Source: a virus (lineage: Duplodnaviria > Caudoviricetes). Taken from it: a stretch of DNA of 64,000 bases. The notes under the pieces were generated by a model. The model saw nothing but the letters and a program-made list of their open reading frames with translations. It did no database searches and was not told the DNA's origin. Every line of letters begins with the position of its first letter. Positions within the stretch are counted from its first letter, which is position 1. Positions 1 to 10,500 of this stretch are shown piece by piece. The stretch is from IMG/VR virus record IMGVR_UViG_3300021387_000175, positions 1 through 64,000 of that record. The stretch is one strand, 5' to 3'. The translations under genes were made by a program, and so were the position numbers.

Positions 1-101
1 TCACGAATGAATACTTCCGTATTGCCCTGATCACCCGCTTTTCCACCACTATACTTATGCCGTTCATCGTGCGTAGCGTGGCAAATTCTTGGTTTAGCCA
101 T
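1..101 (-). CDS. endolysin, N-terminal fragment (runs off window)
   Basis: Not in the ORF track. ATG at 101 after AAAGGGG; reads MAKPRICHATHDERHKYSGGKAGDQGNTEVFIR, resembling the 'HxxxDERG..SGGKAGDQTG.EV' N-terminus of Clostridia phage lysins; directly follows the holin. Confidence 0.65.
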   Translation of the reverse strand, partial: MAKPRICHATHDERHKYSGGKAGDQGNTEVFIR

Positions 102-106
102 TTTAA

Positions 107-463
107 TCATCCCCTTTCATTTCCAACAATAGCTTCATAAGCTACAGCTTCAATGTTATCTAACTCTGTACACGCAGTCTCAATCAATGTCCGTACTTCG
201 GGAGTAATGCTGACACCTTTACCTAACAGATAATTGATTACATACTGCTTCTTATCCACCTTCTTGATCTGACCAGAATTAGCTAACTTCTCAGCAGCTA
301 ATACACCCTTGTACACAATGTCATACAAATGTTTTTCCTTAAGCCAAGGAACCAGATCATTCTTAATAGCGGGAATCACATAATAGGAGATAACCAGACC
401 AATAATGGCTACAATTATCTCTACACCGTTCTGTAACAACACTTTCATAATTTCCTGAGTCAT
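107..463 (-). CDS. phage holin (LL-H-like)
   Basis: One N-terminal TM helix (VEIIVAIIGLVISYYVIP), 'V.AAE.L......KK..V...L' and 'LIE.A..EL' pattern, AAGGAGG RBS, upstream of the lysin. Confidence 0.7.
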   Translation of the reverse strand: MTQEIMKVLLQNGVEIIVAIIGLVISYYVIPAIKNDLVPWLKEKHLYDIVYKGVLAAEKLANSGQIKKVDKKQYVINYLLGKGVSITPEVRTLIETACTELDNIEAVAYEAIVGNERG

Positions 464-477
464 AACTTATTCCTCCT

Positions 478-888
478 TTATCCTACAGATTCTTCTTCAG
501 TATCTTCAGTATCCTTTACATTCTCTATATCCTGATGTAATTTACGCATAGCGGTCTCATATATTATTCCACCTGTTGTATTCTCTGCTTTAGACTTATT
601 GGCATATAAGCCATAAGTCATAACCTGACCTGCTATATCTGCTATTAACACACCTAAATACTGAAGATCCTGAAAATGCCACATAGCTACCATTGCATAT
701 ATTGCAATTACATTAAAAAGAATAAAACAATAAACTGCCATTAACTTAGAAGTCGATGGCAGTTTAGGTATTCTTTTATATTTATTTTCCTCTTTCTTTA
801 GTTGTAACTCTCTTTCCTTACTTTCGTTGATTAACTGTAATTCTGTTAATCGCCTGTTGTATTCTTGTTCTGATATTAAATGAGACAT
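478..888 (-). CDS. two-TM membrane protein of the lysis module
   Basis: Two hydrophobic segments, 'KSKAENTTGGIIYE' motif, GGAGG RBS, between holin-like genes. Confidence 0.55.
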   Translation of the reverse strand: MSHLISEQEYNRRLTELQLINESKERELQLKKEENKYKRIPKLPSTSKLMAVYCFILFNVIAIYAMVAMWHFQDLQYLGVLIADIAGQVMTYGLYANKSKAENTTGGIIYETAMRKLHQDIENVKDTEDTEEESVG

Positions 889-897
889 AAGCGCCTC

Positions 898-1446
898 CTA
901 GTAGTTGCCTTGTTGGGTTTCATCTGAAATAGGTAATGCTATAACTTCGGGATAAAGTTTTTCATCCACCATTCCATTTCCACCTGATTCACGGTATATG
1001 CGCACAGCTTCGGTAAACGTCAACAGATCCTGATGAGAAACGCACCCTTTACTTATAGCATAACGATGTATACGGTTAATTGTATCTCTCAGGCTTGCTA
1101 CAGCAATTTCCTTATTATTCTTGTCTAATGCCGTAAGTTGGTTATGAATATCCGTATGATTTTCTTTCACTAGCTGAGTAAGGCTTGTTAACTGTGTCTT
1201 TAATTCTTCCAGTTGACCATACTGCCATTTATCATGCTTTTCCAGAATCGCTAACCGTTGCTGAATACTATCATCATGTTCTTCTTCTTTATTTTTTACT
1301 TCGTGATATCCATCCAAACGATCCTTTATCCATTTGAATGCCTGATATAACTCCTTGATTATTAAAAATGAAATAATCAAAGTCACAACTAGCGATTCTA
1401 AACCTTGTATCCCAAGTGGGGATAATATATTTAATATTGTGTCCAT
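898..1446 (-). CDS. holin-like/lysis-associated membrane protein
   Basis: N-terminal TM helix, coiled coil and C-terminal 'Y...GGNG' motif typical of Clostridia phage lysis-module proteins. Start moved to ATG 1446, which follows GGAGG. Confidence 0.55.
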   Translation of the reverse strand: MDTILNILSPLGIQGLESLVVTLIISFLIIKELYQAFKWIKDRLDGYHEVKNKEEEHDDSIQQRLAILEKHDKWQYGQLEELKTQLTSLTQLVKENHTDIHNQLTALDKNNKEIAVASLRDTINRIHRYAISKGCVSHQDLLTFTEAVRIYRESGGNGMVDEKLYPEVIALPISDETQQGNY

Positions 1447-1465
1447 CTTACTTTCCTCCAAAAAT

Positions 1466-1493
1466 AAAGAGACCGTTAAATAACGGCCTCTTT
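1466..1493 (-). terminator. intrinsic terminator-like hairpin after the giant fibre gene
   Basis: Minus strand AAAGAGGCCGTTA-TT-TAACGGTCTCTTT followed by ATTTTT. Confidence 0.65.
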
Positions 1494-1516
1494 AATTATA
1501 TAGTTATTTATCCTTA

Positions 1517-4500
1517 TTATCCCCTGTTCATAAGAGTTTTCAGTTGCTCTTTTAATTGTTTGTTCTCTTGAGATAATTCTTGAATTGCTTTTAACATGTA
1601 CATCTGAAGACTGTAAGAGTCAATACATTTAGCATTCATCTCTCCATCATCGAGATAACCACCACCACTTACTAAATCTTCATCTATCTTCTCTAATTCA
1701 TCAGCGATTAAACCAACTTTTTGATGCTTGTGATCTGCTTTCCAGTCATACTCACGAAGACGCATTTTGTTAACTGCATTTAGGCCATTTATTTTAGTGT
1801 CCTTGATATTCTCTTTTAATCTTACGTCTGATCTTGCCTGTACAGTAGCTTTTACTGTATATGGGAAATCAATATAAGAGGAAGCACCATTAGGAGTGAA
1901 GTCAAAAATATTATGACCTAAATCAGGAGCGTATAATGAACAATGTCCATTTGTATTTGCACAAAGACGATAACCTGCTGCATTGTTTTGAAGTAATACA
2001 CTAGCTCTGGTACTATTTGTTGTACGACCAGAAATTAGATCACCACCATCAGTAACAATATTGCCAGTTGCTTCAATATAACCAGTAGCGATCACATCAG
2101 TAGGTCCGAGACAACAATCAACCAGTAATCTACCAGTTATTTCTGCATTAGTGGTTTGAGTATAACTACTCTTAGCATATCTCCATACATAGTGAGATGC
2201 CGTGTTGTCATGTAATGCAAAGTCACCGTTTACAGTATTTACTAATTCATAGTTATTAAAACTATTGGAAAATGTAACGTGTGATTTTTCGGTAGAAGTT
2301 GAGAAACCAACGGTAAGGTCTGCATTAGCATAAACCATACCAGTGATCGTACCACCACCTTTTTGTAAGTAATTATCGCTAATAATGGTGGAATAGTTAC
2401 TTTCATCCAATACCCGTCTCCATGCTTGCCATGTGCCATTGTTCTTCCCACGTAATGAAATCTGTCCTGTACGGTAATCTCCAAATATCTCATGCTGCCA
2501 ACTGGAACTATAGAACTGTGTATATAACGCACCATCAGTACGTTGATAGTTCCAATCGTCCGCTGCAAGACCATTGACATAACCTATGGCATTAGTAGAT
2601 ACACTTGCGATACCAAGATTGGCTGATGTTGTTACTTTGAAATTGGTTATAGCGTCTGCTGTACCCTTAAAGGATGCTGAAGAATCAGTGACGGAAACGA
2701 TCAAACCTTTCTTACTATCGTATATACCACGAGCGCCTGAAGTGTTGTTTCCGTACATATAGAACCATCTGGCAGTATCTTCCGTAGTATAACCTACAGC
2801 AAGTTGCACTTCACCCGATGCTTTTCTAACAGATATACTACCAGTAACAGCTGAAGAACCAGTCAGAGGAATATATACCTGATCTGTCTTACCTTTAATG
2901 TAATTATACAAAGCACTCACTGGACGTCGGTGATAAGTTGTAGTAGTTGTACCACCACCTACGTATTGAGAAATATAGTAATCTGCATCAACTGGATTAC
3001 TACCTCCTGTATCCAATGCATTTAAGAACGCATTGGCTGCATTCTTAGCACTTGTCTGACCAGTACCACCCTTACCTACTCCTAACGTACCTTCAATCTC
3101 CGTAAATGCGGGTGGATTACTTTCATCGTATATTTTTCTCCAATCACCCCAATCATCGGTAGTACGTCCCGCACGAACATAGAGCGGAGTAGTGCGTTGA
3201 TCACTTATATGTGCAGGTCCGGCTAATTCCCATGAACTATAATCGCCTGTCCAACCTTTTACATGCATAATAGAGTACCAAACACCGGATGTTGGCATTG
3301 TAACATCAACAGCGGAATCTGTCCAAGCAAAATAGAAGTTTGCACCTTGATCAAAGTCACTGGGTAATACTTTATATTTTCTGATGTCATGTACATGAAT
3401 CGATCCGTTAGGTTTAGTACTGGTATTCGCTGACACACCCGCATATAATTGACCGTTGGAATATATATCACCATTCGAATGTATCTGGCCTGATACCTTA
3501 AGCATCTTACTCACTGTTAACTCAGTGGTAGTTGCAGTAAGTCTTACATCATAATCAGTGGTGGCACCTGTAGTTGCATGGAAGTCAATAATCTTACCGA
3601 TATCCATAATACCACTACCATCAACATAAGGCACGCCTTGGAACCATGCTCCCGATTTAGGCTGATTAACAGCCGTGATTACGCCTAAATTTGTCATGTA
3701 AACAGGAGTATCTGTATCACCAACAGCAGTGCTTGCAGCACCATGTGCTACCATCTGCCAATCTTGCCATTCTGTTGAAGAAGATGTTCTATAGAACATT
3801 CTGTTCGTATTATTACCACCATGATGCATATAAAGCTGACTGGCATAATCAGGTGTGGTATTACCACTTAACTTTCTATACGACATAGTAAGTATCTGAC
3901 CATAGCCATAACCATTTGGTGCATTAGTTAACTTACCGCCTGTTATATTATATATACCAGTATCATAGAAGGTATTGGCATCTACAGCACCACCATAGCT
4001 AAATGCACTTACAACATCATGATCTAATGCAGTTACACGGCCATTAGCTGCTAAGTATACAGGTTTTGTTGCACTACCAACAGCACTTACACCTGCAGCA
4101 GTAACGGCATAACCGCTACCTGCATAGTTCGGAATATAGAAGTAGTTACTGTTGCCTGTACCGTAAGCAGCAATTTGGGTAGTGCTACTACCTGATGTAT
4201 ATAAACCAATCCAACCTTGAGAATTACCCGCCGTTCCAGAAGCCGTACTATTACCTATCCACAGTTCCGTCCATTGAGTACCACTGTTACTGCTAGATAC
4301 ATTACTGGTCACACTAAGAGAATTGTGATAACGAGCATTTACTGTACCACTATTGGATGAACGATCCTGTTGGAAGAGGAGATAGTTACGAGATGTAGGT
4401 ACAGTAACGGATGCAGTAAAGGTTGTAGCATTGGTTGCGGTCTCTGCGTTGCCGTATAGGGTAACATTGTTACTGTCATCAATACCAATTACGGTTTTAC

Positions 4501-7500
4501 CAGTTCCTGCTGAGTTAGTCGTATATATTCCTCTAGTATTAGTGGTATTAGCATATAAATACAAAGAACTTTTCGAAGTACTATTATGCGTAACCAATAA
4601 ACGGCTCTGTGCAGTATGCCCATAAACATCAATAGCACCATTGCTAATATTGGTATAGTTCGTTGTTGTACTATTCGTACCAGATAAAATAGTGCCATCA
4701 CATTGTATGAGAGTATTACCATACATCCGTGTAGCATATATATTTTCAGCTGCCATAGCTTTATTCTTTATTTCAAGAGTAGCTGCAGCTGTAGCATCAG
4801 CATCATCACCTGTTAATGGAGTTTCGGGATTATAGGTTTCGATAGTGCCACGGCCTATGAAGGAGAACGTTTGCTGTCCCATCACTTGTGATTCTGTGAA
4901 TTCATTATTTTGATATACATCAACATAGTATTCGCCTGAAGTACCTACTAATCTAATTTGTTTGATTATAGAATTTAATAAAGCTGAAGTTTGTGTAATG
5001 GTAGCAAAAGTATGCATAGTGGTTAATTCAAATATACCAACACTAGGAGATGCTGAATTATAACCACCAGTAGCATACATAGTAAAATTGGCATAACCAG
5101 CACCATCTGAAGAAGATATACCACTAATTTTTGCTATTCTATACCAACCTACTGCTTTACCAGATCCTGCAGGCATACTCGCTTCTGCAATATTCAATAC
5201 ATCCAACTTCTCTTTATCTGATGCACTCATAAGACCACCAGATACTGGTGTGGCTTCATGTATAACAAATTCTCGTACTTTACCATCTTTATACCAATAC
5301 ATTGGTAAAGTATTATTGAAATCAATTTGATAAGTATTTAGTGCATAACCAATCTTTATGTATATCTTATTATCTTCTGAAGTAGGATAATCCTGTGTCC
5401 ACCATGTGTTATCTAATGTAAATGTATTAGTGGCATCATTATAAGTACCTACAATGAATATAGGTTTATTAGCGGTTAATGTCGTTCCACAATTAGTGGA
5501 ATATCTAAAATCTATTGCTATTGCATGACTGGTAACAATATTTGCACCATTTATTTGGCCTGAGTTATAATTGCTACCAGTAGACATATAATAAATATTG
5601 CCTAGCTTAAAACTAGCAGTATTCTTTGCTTTATTAGTAGCTGTACCGTGAGTAGTAGTAAAACTTTGCCATTTACCAGTATCATCTTCCATAACTAAGC
5701 TATACTGCTTCATACCATTAGCACCTGCAGTAAGATAGGTATAGTAGTCTCTTACAGTATAAGTATCGTTCGCATCACTGGACTCTTGCAAACCGTTATC
5801 TGCACCATTGATTTCACTTAAGCCTAAGTAGTTGGTAGAACCAGTACCAGGTACAGATGCATATTTAACAGCTTCGTCCCATAATTCACATTCACAATTT
5901 TCTGTTTCCAGTAACTCAATAGTAAATGTACGTGGATAATTAGAATCTGTAGGATTGGTTGATGCTCTAAGGCCAAGACCAATAAGATGTCCATAAGTAG
6001 ATACGCCTGTCTGTGTTGCCCTGTATAAGTTATGGAAATAATAACATCTTCGAATACTACTTCCCTCATAGGAGTGGGCATTAAAGATTTTATTGGTTGA
6101 CAGTGAACCTTGATAGCCCCATATTTCAACGTCAGAATAACTATCATAGTAATTCTTTCCCGGAACCCAACAATGAATTCTATATCTTATTTTCCACATA
6201 ACGTAATACGTATTGGGCTTTACAGACATGAAGTAGAAGGATGCATTGGCAGCATCATTAGCTGATCCATAAAGTCCTGTGTAGGTTTTACTTGCTATGG
6301 GGCTAATGTCTGAATTGGTTAAAGTGGTTACCTTTAACGTACCATCAGAATCCATATATACAGGTTGAGAGGTTGAACCTGTTTTGCCTTGTGCGTGGGC
6401 AAAAGTATGCCATGCTCCCCATGTATTTGAGGATCTGTTTCTCATAAACATTCTGGTAACGCTCTCATCTATGGCTAATTGCGCTCCATACCGTGCGTCC
6501 CATGGAATGTTAATAATCAATCCATCATTTGAATCCAATCCAATATTATAATTACGAATTCTCGCCCATTTAATATATCCATTTTCCCAGAATCCATCTA
6601 ATGTATCAGTAGTAAGATCAGAAGATATACTCAATTTAACTGAGGAAGTTGCACTTCCCGCACTATCAGCATAACCCGCATATATTTTTTGCCAATCATT
6701 TCCAACCCATGAGCCTTTACTATATCTGAGTTTATATAAATAAAGATCTCCATATCCCCATTTTAAAATGTTACCGTAAGCACCATCGGAAGACTTGCTA
6801 AAAATAGTAGTGAATTCCGATCCAGAGCGATTATAAAAAACTTTTACTGTTCCTTTAGGCACTTTAGAGTCATCTAAAAAGTATTCTTTTGCTTTCTCAG
6901 CAGGAGTTCCTGATCCTAATCCAATGTCATCTCCACCATAAGGCACAGCATATGACATATAATTTCCTGAATGTAATATAATGTTATTTGTATCACCCGC
7001 AGTACCTAACGTTCTATTGGGTGTGAAGTATAAAACTCCATTCTTAGCCCAAACACTGTCAACTGTAGTCGAAGTGTGATAGAAATTAATACCTTCTCTG
7101 GCATCATCTGCCACATCTGAAGTGAATATAGCATTCACACCAATTATATTTGAATTCTGGAGATTAAGAGCATATGTACCTGCTGTTGCAGATAATGCTC
7201 CTTCATCATTATATTGATTACTTTTTAATGTTAATGTGCCTGTCATCGTACCGCCTGATAGCGGAAGTGCGTAGGTGAAGTAGTTCTCATCATTTAAAAT
7301 GACTTGCGAAGAATATGTATAACCCCAAGTACGGAATTTCCAATAAATATCAGGTCCATGTCTCCACGTACCAAATGCGTATTGTGGTAAACCAGTATTT
7401 GCATTTACAGTAGATGTGTCATAAATATATACTTCGTAATACCCTTGTGAATTTGGACTAAGAACACCCTTAAAAATAGCATGTGATTTACCGGGATATT

Positions 7501-10500
7501 CAATACAAATTTTCTTTAACAGTACCTTTAACCATTCATCATCATCCATAGATGTTGTTAAATTAGTCTCTGGATCATCCACCTTCGTATCAGCAATACT
7601 TACTAAACCCGGTTTACAAAGTATCACAGCAGGAATCCCGCCATTGGCCGTTCTGAATTCCTCTGCCATAATAATAGGTGCTTTTACGCTCACTGGAAAC
7701 GTAGTAGCACCAGTACTAGGAGCCATTAACTCTATCTCTCTATAATTTAATCCACTGTTAGCACCGGGTTTATTGGTTAATGGGATCTTATAACTCGCAG
7801 AGGTATATTGCCGTACATAAATACCTTCATCACCGTCATCACCTACTGCTAACTCTACAGCGCCTTTGTTATTCGCTGTCTGATAACCCCTGAGTACCCA
7901 AGCATCATTAGCACCGTTAATACCACCAATACCTTTCCAATCACCCGCTGTATTACCTGTATTGGCAAAGATGAGATTGCCCGTAATACCATTGGCGAGT
8001 GAGAAGGATGATGTGTTAGGATTGGAGATAGTAGATCCTGAATATGGAATATAAGTATCTGTTAAGTAGGATGTAAAGTTACCAGAGTGTAAGCCATAGT
8101 ACATGGTAGCTGTTTGATAAGTTTCTGGTAAGGTATCAACGAAGTCTATTGTGACGTTGGAAAAGTTTACAGTTGCCGCACTGTCCCCTATAAGCATTCG
8201 GTCAACACTTGCAGTACTATAATGTCTATTCATAAAAATATAAAAATATCTACCGTCACTGGCAAATACTTTAATATCATCTGGCAAGTAACCTAATATA
8301 CTTGCCGTTAATTGATTCCACGTATAAGGTGAAGTTCCATTATGGACTGCATAAATAAATACTTTTCCACCATAACCAACATTTGAGGTATATGGTTTCA
8401 AACTGACTTCCAAATACGTCATAGTCCAACTAGCTAATTCTGGTATAGCGATTCGTACATATTTCATTGCACCGCTACTACCCACATAAGCACCGAGATT
8501 GAATAAATAAGAATAATTATTAGTATAATTCTGATTTATAATCGCAGGTGGAGTATACCCTAAAGCAGTAGTAACATTACTAGCCGTTAATTCTCCACGA
8601 ATAGTAGCAGATGATTTATTCTCTACGTTACCCAATCCAATACCTGCTTTGGTTACATTAAATGTAGCAGTACCTGTACCATCATAAGCTACAGTACTTC
8701 CACCATTTTGTTGTAAAGTCAGTTTGGGTATAGGATTAGTTACTGTTTTGTAGGGGACTAATATACAAGTAGTACCACCATCATCTGCAGGAATTACGGA
8801 TGGATCGTCTTTCTTGATAAATTGAATTTCAGCTAATGAAGGAGTTAAGTCATTTAAGTGAGCTAAACTACTATTATAAAAGTCTACACGAATACTTGGA
8901 TAGTAAACATGAGGAGATGGTTTTAGACCAACAGCAACATAATCTACAGAGTCTATAGCGTATTTAAACAGATAAACTTCTGGATGCCATCCACCATTAT
9001 CTACAACGCCCATATTACAGAATTTAGTGCCATAAATATAAAACACAAGTCGTAAGTCAATAGGACAACCGCTACCATAAGCATTTCCAGTAATATGAAT
9101 TTCTGGCATATAATGACTTGCTACCCATTTCAGTCCTGTGTATATAATAATCTCATCTACGTTTATACTTGTATAATCACTAACTAAATTGAGAATAGTA
9201 TCTTTAGCCCGAATATAACTATTCGCCTGTAAATTCGGTGCGGTAACACTAACAGGGAATGAGGTAGATCCATCAGTATCTAACAAAATAGCAGTGTTCT
9301 TTGCCGTAGTGAATGTTCCCGAATATTGTCTTGCATATATAGGTTCATTACCATCATCTGCCGTAGCGATCTCCATCCAACTACTATTACTTGCAGTAGC
9401 ACCACCTGCAATACGCCAATAATCACTACTGCCTACCGTTCCTTGGATCTTACGAGTGGTTGTACCAGAATCGGAGAATAGAAGATCACCTGTGAGTGTT
9501 CCACCTGAGAGTTTAAGAAACTTTTCACCAATAACTGTCTCATAATTTAAGTCATCTACCAATTGTACCCATCTGCCATTGCTTACAGTGCCACCACTTA
9601 TGCGTTTATAGTAAAGATGTTCATGATTAAAAGGTATAGCAAGATCTGTGTAATTTTCATTGGTATTGGTATGATTGAATCTAAGTATATGCCACCATTG
9701 TGTAGTGGGTGTGTCGTTTACAGCTAATTCTGCTCCCGCTGTACCACTTATATTGAACCATGAGACACCTGCGTTCGCATAATCCAAGCTATCATTATAC
9801 TTAAGAAATGATGCAGTCTCAGCCGTAGTAGCAGAATTTGCGTTACCACTAAAATTATCAGCATGAATGGTCACACCAGTAGTATTTGCGTTACCGTTAC
9901 CAAAATAATAATCTGTAATAGGAGTGTTACCTGATGTTGCTCCGCTTATTGCCCTACGATAATTAAACCAAAAAGTGCCATAAGCAGGGCTGTTTACACC
10001 AAGGAATAATTCATTACCGTGAACAGCGTTAAGTGAATTTGCTACAGTAGCAGAGACTGCATTACCTTTTATTGGTAAATATTTGCTGTCCCCATATGAC
10101 TCCGTAACGATCCTATCCCATGATCCCCATCCGTTACTGTTCTTACGTCTGGTATATATTTTACTGGCATCATCAATATCAAAAAATACCTGTTGAGCAT
10201 AACTGGTATTAACCCAAGGAATGCTCATTACAATACCATCTCTGCCTGTTATATCTGTTAACGTGGTATAGTTTGTTGCTCGTCCAAGTTTAAAGTAGTT
10301 TGTTTCATAAAAAGCATCAACCAATGCTATAGTATTCAGTTCGGTTGATAGTTTTAGTTTTTCTTCAGAATAAGCATTGCTGATAGTAGTACCTGATATA
10401 GTAATACCAGTACCTGCGGTGTAGGTAGTGTCTTGTGTGGTAAAGCTATCAAGAGTTTCACCCTTGTAATTTTTATAAGTGATTGTTCTGCCTGAGACGG